From: an uncultured Gammaproteobacteria bacterium
GTDB taxonomy: Bacteria > Pseudomonadota > Gammaproteobacteria > JACCXJ01
Length of the DNA: 64,000 nucleotides
Reading direction: 5' to 3'
Assembly (NCBI GenBank): GCA_963764725.1
Contig: CAVXTM010000011.1
Location: 1 to 64,000 of the forward strand
How positions within the stretch are numbered: the stretch's first letter is position 1; each line of letters opens with the position of its first letter. Below are positions 58,680-64,000 of this stretch, in pieces. The notes under the pieces are model-generated. The model was not told where the DNA came from and did no database searches. It saw only the letters and a program-made list of their open reading frames with translations. Position numbers and translations under genes: made by a program.

Positions 58680-60314
58680 GTGGACGAGCAACCCGACGAG
58701 ATTCAAGGTATCCGGGTATGCATGAATAACCTAATGAGCCTGCTGGCGCTGCCGGCCTTGTGGAGCGGTCGCGAGCCGCCCCACACTGTCGGTATCCTGC
58801 TCGATACCATATTGCGGATGCTGGACCTGGAATTCGCCTATGCCCGAATCGACGACACGGTCGACGGCTCGGTGATAGAGCTGGCGCGGTTCGCTCGGGG
58901 GCGAGCTGCCGCCCCTCGACCCCAGGACGTCGGCAGAGCGCTCAATCCTTGGTTGGCGGCCGAGCCGACCACATCTCCTTTACTGATACCGAATCCGGTC
59001 GGCGAAGGGGAGATCGCGATCGCACTTGTCCGTTCAGGCATGCAGGGCGAAATCGGCGTGCTGGCAGCCGGCTCGCATCGAACCGACTTCCCAACCAAGA
59101 TCGAAGCGCTGCTCCTTAACGTCGCCGCGAACCAGGCGGCAATTGGATTGCAAGACGCTTGGCGCCTGAACGAGCAGAAGCGAGCCGCAGAGGTGCTCGA
59201 TCAACGGGTTGCCGACCGCACCAGTGAGCTCGTGGCGGCAAATGAGAAGCTCAGGCTGGAGGTTGTCCAGCGCAAGCGCGGCGAGGAAGAGCTGAAGAAG
59301 GCCTTTGACGAGATCAACATCCTGAAGGACCAGCTCGCATACGAGAAGCGTTATCTGGAGGAGGAGATCCGCCTAGAGCGCGGCTTCGAGGAGATGCTTG
59401 GTGAAAGCCCGGCGCTACAGAACATTCTGAAGCACGTTGCGATCGTCGCCCCAACCGACTCCACGGTGCTGATTCAGGGGGAGACAGGCACCGGTAAGGA
59501 GCTCATCGCGCGGGCAATCCACAACCTGAGCAACCGACGCGAGCGCACCTTCGTGAAGATCAACTGCGCGGCGATCCCCACGGGGCTTTTGGAGAGCGAG
59601 CTTTTCGGGCACGAGAAGGGTGCATTCACGGGGGCCGTCGCGCAGCGGATGGGGCGTTTCGAGCTGGCCAATGGCGGCACCATGTTTCTCGATGAGGTCG
59701 GCGAGATCCCACTTGAGCTCCAGGTGAAGCTCCTGCGAGTGCTACAAGAGCAGGAGTTCGAGCGGCTGGGCAGCAGTCGAACGGTGCGGGTCGATGTGCG
59801 TCTGATCGCGGCAACGAATCGAGACCTCGCGCAGATGATGGAGGATCGAGAATTTCGCAGCGATCTCTACTATCGGCTCAAGGTGTTTCCTATCATGGCC
59901 CCACCTCTGCGCGAGCGGGTTGAAGACATTCCTATTCTGGTAGGGCATTTTACGGGGCGTCATGCCCGTCACTGCAAGAAGTCGATTTCGAGTATCTCCC
60001 CGGAAACCATGACCGCGCTCTGCCGTTATCATTGGCCCGGTAACATACGAGAGCTGGAAAATTTCATCGAACGCAGCGTGATCTTGTCGCGGGGTCCGTC
60101 CCTCGAGGTGCCGCTCGGCGAGCTGAAACCCGCTGGCGCCAAGACTGCGGATGCGGCAACGCTCGAAGACATCCAGCGCGAGCACATCCTGCACGCGCTC
60201 GACGAGTGCAACTGGGTGATCTCGGGCCCCACCGGAGCAGCGGCGAAGCTCGGCATGAAGCGTACGTCGTTGCAGTACAAGATGCAGAAGCTCGGGATCA
60301 CCCGCGCCCACTAA
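58680..60314 (+). CDS. Sigma54-dependent activator (FhlA-like AAA+ with Fis HTH and GAF-like N-terminus)
   Basis: GETGTGKE, ESELFGHEKGAFTGA, FLDEVGE, WPGNIREL, GAAAKLGMKR. Confidence 0.95.
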   Translation: MDEQPDEIQGIRVCMNNLMSLLALPALWSGREPPHTVGILLDTILRMLDLEFAYARIDDTVDGSVIELARFARGRAAAPRPQDVGRALNPWLAAEPTTSPLLIPNPVGEGEIAIALVRSGMQGEIGVLAAGSHRTDFPTKIEALLLNVAANQAAIGLQDAWRLNEQKRAAEVLDQRVADRTSELVAANEKLRLEVVQRKRGEEELKKAFDEINILKDQLAYEKRYLEEEIRLERGFEEMLGESPALQNILKHVAIVAPTDSTVLIQGETGTGKELIARAIHNLSNRRERTFVKINCAAIPTGLLESELFGHEKGAFTGAVAQRMGRFELANGGTMFLDEVGEIPLELQVKLLRVLQEQEFERLGSSRTVRVDVRLIAATNRDLAQMMEDREFRSDLYYRLKVFPIMAPPLRERVEDIPILVGHFTGRHARHCKKSISSISPETMTALCRYHWPGNIRELENFIERSVILSRGPSLEVPLGELKPAGAKTADAATLEDIQREHILHALDECNWVISGPTGAAAKLGMKRTSLQYKMQKLGITRAH

Positions 60315-60658
60315 GCGCCCCGCCTGCCCGCCCCCCGTCAGTCTGACGGCCGCCCGGCGGGCCGCTCTGGCATCCCATTCCATCCGGCCCGCGCACTAAG
60401 CCGGAACGACTCATATAATCTTTCCTAATAACAATATCTTAGCACGATACGGCCTTCGCTGTCGGTTGTGGAACGGCTGTTGCCCCTCGAAGGCGTATAG
60501 CGTTCATGCGCATGGCCATTGAGGCGTGTGAGCACGTCTGCGGATGGCGAACCAAGCGGCGCCGAGGAGGCCAAGGCAATCCAGAGAATGTTCGAGGCGG
60601 GTCGATTGATGAGACGAGAGCGATGGGGTACCAGACCGGCGCTCCGCGAGATGAAGAC

Positions 60659-61666
60659 ATGAAAGCATACGAGTTGCGAGGCGGCTTCGGCATCGGATCG
60701 TTGCAGCTCATCGACCGTCCCCAGCCGCAACCCGGTCCCGGCCAGGCAATGCTCAAGCTGCGCGCGTGGTCGCTGAACTACCGCGATCTGATGATCGTCA
60801 AGGGCCAATACGATCCGAAGCTCCGCCTGCCATGCACCCCGTTGTCGGATGGCGTCGGCGAGGTCGTCGCCGTGGGTGACGGCGTTACGCGCGTCAAAAC
60901 CGGCGATCGCGTAGCGCCCATCTTTATGCAGAAGTGGATCAACGGAGAGCTGACCGAGGCCAAGGCGCGATCGGCGCTCGGTGGCGCCAGCGAGGGGTTG
61001 CTCGCCGAGTATGCCGTGCTGGACGAGGATGGCGTGGTCCACGTGCCCGAACACCTCAACGACGAAGAGGCCGCAACGCTGCCCTGCGCGGCAGTAACCG
61101 CATGGCACGCCCTGGTGACGGAGGGCGCGGTCGCGGCCGGAAATACCGTCCTGGTCCAGGGCACCGGTGGCGTATCGCTGTTCGCCCTGCAGTTCGCGAG
61201 GCTCCTGGGCGCGCGAGTCATCGCTACATCCTCGAGCGATGCCAAGCTCGCGCGCCTGCGAGAGCTTGGAGCCTCCGACGGCGTCAACTACAAGACTACG
61301 CCCGAGTGGGGCAAGCGGGCACGTGAACTGACCGGCGGCGTGGGCGTCGATCACCTGGTGGAAGTCGGCGGCGCAGGCACGCTCAGCGAGTCGCTGCGCG
61401 CCGTGCGTATGGGGGGTCGCATCAGCCTCATCGGCGTGCTCAGCGGCCCGGGCCAGGTGGATCCGACCCCCATTCTCATGAAGAACGTGTGCGTCCAAGG
61501 CATCTTCGTCGGCAGCCGTGCCATGTTCGAGGCCATGAATGCCACCATCGCCACGGAGCAACTGCGTCCGGTCGTGGACCGGGTATTTGCGTTCGACGAG
61601 ATACGTGAGGCGCTCCGCTACATGGATAGCGGCTCGCACTTCGGCAAGATCGGGGTACGACGTTAA
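60659..61666 (+). CDS. MDR-family NAD(P)-dependent alcohol dehydrogenase/oxidoreductase
   Basis: SLNYRDL, PLSDG.G, ATLPCAAVTAW.AL, QGTGGVS, HFGKI. Confidence 0.93.
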   Translation: MKAYELRGGFGIGSLQLIDRPQPQPGPGQAMLKLRAWSLNYRDLMIVKGQYDPKLRLPCTPLSDGVGEVVAVGDGVTRVKTGDRVAPIFMQKWINGELTEAKARSALGGASEGLLAEYAVLDEDGVVHVPEHLNDEEAATLPCAAVTAWHALVTEGAVAAGNTVLVQGTGGVSLFALQFARLLGARVIATSSSDAKLARLRELGASDGVNYKTTPEWGKRARELTGGVGVDHLVEVGGAGTLSESLRAVRMGGRISLIGVLSGPGQVDPTPILMKNVCVQGIFVGSRAMFEAMNATIATEQLRPVVDRVFAFDEIREALRYMDSGSHFGKIGVRR

Positions 61667-61816
61667 TGTCCTGGCGCCGGGAGCGGCTTTGATGTACACC
61701 ACATCGTGCTTTTCAAACTACCCTTGGCACTGCCGCCCCCCAAGGACGAGCAATGATAAGGCCGTAGCGAGGCAAAGACCCGCAGAGAGAGCGACCCAGC
61801 GAGAGTCGATTTATTC

Positions 61817-62035
61817 ATGACCTCCGCGATGACAGAGAGCGGTGTTTGCCAACCGGCCAATACCCGCCAGACCTATTACGTCTCGCGGAAAGACTTGCCG
61901 GTGTCCTGCCCGATGCCGGACATGTGTCTCTGGGACTCTCACCCGCGCGTCTACTTGCCGCTGGAGGAAGGCGGAGCGGCGCGATGCCCTTATTGCAGCG
62001 CGCTCTACATTTTGACGGGATCTGACTCGGATTAA
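61817..62035 (+). CDS. zf-CHCC zinc-finger protein
   Basis: DLP.SCP....LWDSHPRVYL........CPYC. Confidence 0.88.
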   Translation: MTSAMTESGVCQPANTRQTYYVSRKDLPVSCPMPDMCLWDSHPRVYLPLEEGGAARCPYCSALYILTGSDSD

Positions 62036-62250
62036 TGACTACCGAAAGAAGCCGGCATCTGATCAGGCTTTCTGCCGGGTCTGGGCTGCGTATACATGAC
62101 TCCCGGACGCTGTGGTGCGGCTTGATGATACAGGTCCATCAGCTCATACACTAGCTTGGGCATCTCGGTTGAGACGGGCAGGCCAAGCTCCCGCGCCAAG
62201 GAGACTGTGATCGGGAAGTCGTGCGTCCACCGGCCTGACCGTGACCTTAC
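62032..62250 (-). pseudogene. C-terminal fragment of an SDH-family Clp-fold serine protease
   Basis: GRWTHDFPIT...ARELGLPVSTEMP..VYELMDLY.Q; N-terminus missing. Confidence 0.75.
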
Positions 62251-62417
62251 CCTTGTGTGCGGCGAGCGCCTGGGCGATCTGTTCGGCCGCAGGCTTAGCT
62301 CATGGGCCTCGGGTGGATCCTGCTTGAAGGGGAGTCGCTCACGGCGTCGGGCACCCGGCATAAGACTTGCGGAGCGCCCTAGGCATCTTACGCACGGTTC
62401 GAATAAGGAGGTGGCAA

Positions 62418-63041
62418 ATGACAACTTTATTAGACGAGACTGTTATTTCTAGAAGCGTCGCAAACATCCTCACTCAGAAATGGTGGGCGGTCGCTTGGCG
62501 AGGCGTGTTCGCGCTGATGTTCGGTGTGCTGGTCTTCTTCTGGCCCGGCATCAGCCTGATATGGCTCGTCATGCTGTTCGGTGCTTACGCGCTGGCCGAT
62601 GGCATCTTTGCCCTCGCAAGCGCAATCGAGAAGGCAACCGAGAAGACAAGCGAGCCCAAACAGCCGTGGTGGCCCATGCTGTTACAGGGGGTGGTGGGTA
62701 TCGCGGCAGCGGTGCTCACCTTTGCCTGGCCGGACATCACCGCCTTGGTGTTGCTGTATCTGATCGCCGCCTGGGCCATCATCGCCGGTATCTTCCAGAT
62801 CGTTCAGGCGATTCGCCTCAGAAAAGAGATAGAGGGCGAGTGGCTGTTGGTGCTCGGAGGAATCGCCTCCGTGGTCTTCGGCCTGCTGCTTCAAATATTT
62901 CCCGGCGCAGGCACCTTGGCGATAGTATGGCTTATCGGAATCTACTCGATGGCCTTCGGGGTCTTGCTCCTGTTCCTCGCCTTTCGGCTGCGCCAGCGGC
63001 TCGTCAAGGCGCCGCCAGCGACGTCGCCCAAGCCGACCTAG
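62418..63041 (+). CDS. HdeD/DUF308 family membrane protein
   Basis: WW....RGV.A..FG....WPGI, FGAYALADG, AIRLRKEIEGEW; RBS aggagg. Confidence 0.92.
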   Translation: MTTLLDETVISRSVANILTQKWWAVAWRGVFALMFGVLVFFWPGISLIWLVMLFGAYALADGIFALASAIEKATEKTSEPKQPWWPMLLQGVVGIAAAVLTFAWPDITALVLLYLIAAWAIIAGIFQIVQAIRLRKEIEGEWLLVLGGIASVVFGLLLQIFPGAGTLAIVWLIGIYSMAFGVLLLFLAFRLRQRLVKAPPATSPKPT

Positions 63042-63700
63042 CGCGCAGGGGCAGTGGCTGCTTGTGGTCTGCAACGCGACGCCTGTCGTCCGCGACAACT
63101 ACCGGGTGGGCGTCCCCCTGGGGGGCTTACTGGGAGGAATGCATGAACAGCGATGTCGCCTGTTACGGCGGCGGTGGCCTGGGCAACCTGGGTGGCGTGG
63201 AGGCGGCACCGGTAGGCCCACGGGCGCTACCATTCGCTCGTCCTCATGCTCCCGCCGCTCGCGGTGCTCTTCCTCAAGCCGCGAGAGCTCGCCCGAAATT
63301 ATCTCTTTCCTCCGGGAAGGGATAGGGTGCGGGTATAGAGCTACAGGATCTAACGGTCGTCCCCAGGCGCGCTATCGTGCTCGATGGAATCTATCGGACC
63401 ACCCTAAATGAACGACCCTCCGCCGCTGCAAATTCTACCGATGTCGTGAGGGATGTCGGTATCTTTTACAACCATCGATTTCAGCGGCGGCAGCAACCGG
63501 GCAATTATACTCATGTTTTTTTTGGCATGGTGCTTGAGCGACCAGCTTCATCACGCCGTTTTCTACTCCCAAGCCGATGGGTCCAACACGAAACCTCTTG
63601 TGTCAGATTCCGCGTGCGTGGGTACGCGTGATGAGGATGCGGTAGCGATTGCGTTGCCGCTACGTGGTGACTCAATGTTACATAATTCGTGGAGGAATCT

Positions 63701-64000
63701 ATGTCAAAGTTTAAATACGGAATGGCGACAGCCAGTGCGATAGCAGCCTTTGTGGGCGTTGCTGGCCTCTCTCTCCCCCAAGCGCTGGCAGGCGATGTCC
63801 TGGGAATCCAAGTATCAGACCTCGCGACGCAACGAGCGAAGATTGAATACGAGCTCCAGAAGCAGGAATGCGATACGCTGAAGCATAGCCAACCACAAGG
63901 CTACGAATCTTGCCTGCAGAAGGCCCAATCGACGCGCGACAATCTGCTCACACAAGCCGGCTCGGCGCCCGCAGGGCAAGGGTCGCAAGGTTTCGGGTCC
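63701..64000 (+). CDS. Secreted hypothetical protein, runs off the window end
   Basis: RBS ggagga; MSKFKYGMATASAIAAFVGVAGLSLPQALA signal peptide; open frame to the window edge with two Cys. Confidence 0.65.
   Translation, partial: MSKFKYGMATASAIAAFVGVAGLSLPQALAGDVLGIQVSDLATQRAKIEYELQKQECDTLKHSQPQGYESCLQKAQSTRDNLLTQAGSAPAGQGSQGFGS

Noticed and set aside
60368-60385. Sigma54 promoter tggcatcccattcca
   Set aside because: The -12 element lacks the conserved GC.
60425-61702. 425-aa minus-strand ORF
   Set aside because: Antisense shadow of the MDR oxidoreductase gene; no motifs; expected in high-GC DNA.
1-64000. CRISPR array or rRNA
   Set aside because: No regularly spaced direct repeats or rRNA-like sequence seen; the repeats found are dispersed.

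Overview
This is a GC-rich gammaproteobacterial chromosome segment in which intact core loci alternate with eroding accessory islands. The core loci are plsC, epmB-efp-epmA, an MscK-like channel, ychF-pth-rplY-prs-tRNA-Gln-ispE-lolB-TPR, prfA-prmC-moeB, gshB-apbE-NusG-II-Gx-TonB, tag and chrA. Island 1 (about 8.5-16.6 kb) looks like a decayed integron cassette array with no integrase. It has attC-like hairpins, an attI-like AT-rich site, a TA cassette and a GFA cassette. Next to these lie a REP-flanked RAYT pseudogene, a probable group II intron 5' fragment, a frameshifted secreted S8 protease and a scrambled DUF1883-TIR gene. Island 2 (about 33.5-47.6 kb) holds an orphan AmmeMemoRadiSam radical SAM gene, a SagB-like enzyme, a GT4-GH130 pair, a MarR-controlled TPR/MBL-fold lipoprotein and an IS1595 remnant with a passenger gene. 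The most striking system is at 47.9-53.9 kb: a translationally coupled heme operon made of a divergent hemA, an internally deleted hemL, a histidine kinase, an OmpR-type regulator, hemC, hemD and hemB. hemA is missing from its usual place upstream of prfA, where a MITE now sits. The right end holds stress and redox genes (OYE, three Hsp20 genes, a sigma54 activator, an MDR oxidoreductase, HdeD) and many head-plus-tail deletion remnants. All calls come from reading motifs by eye; no database searches were run.
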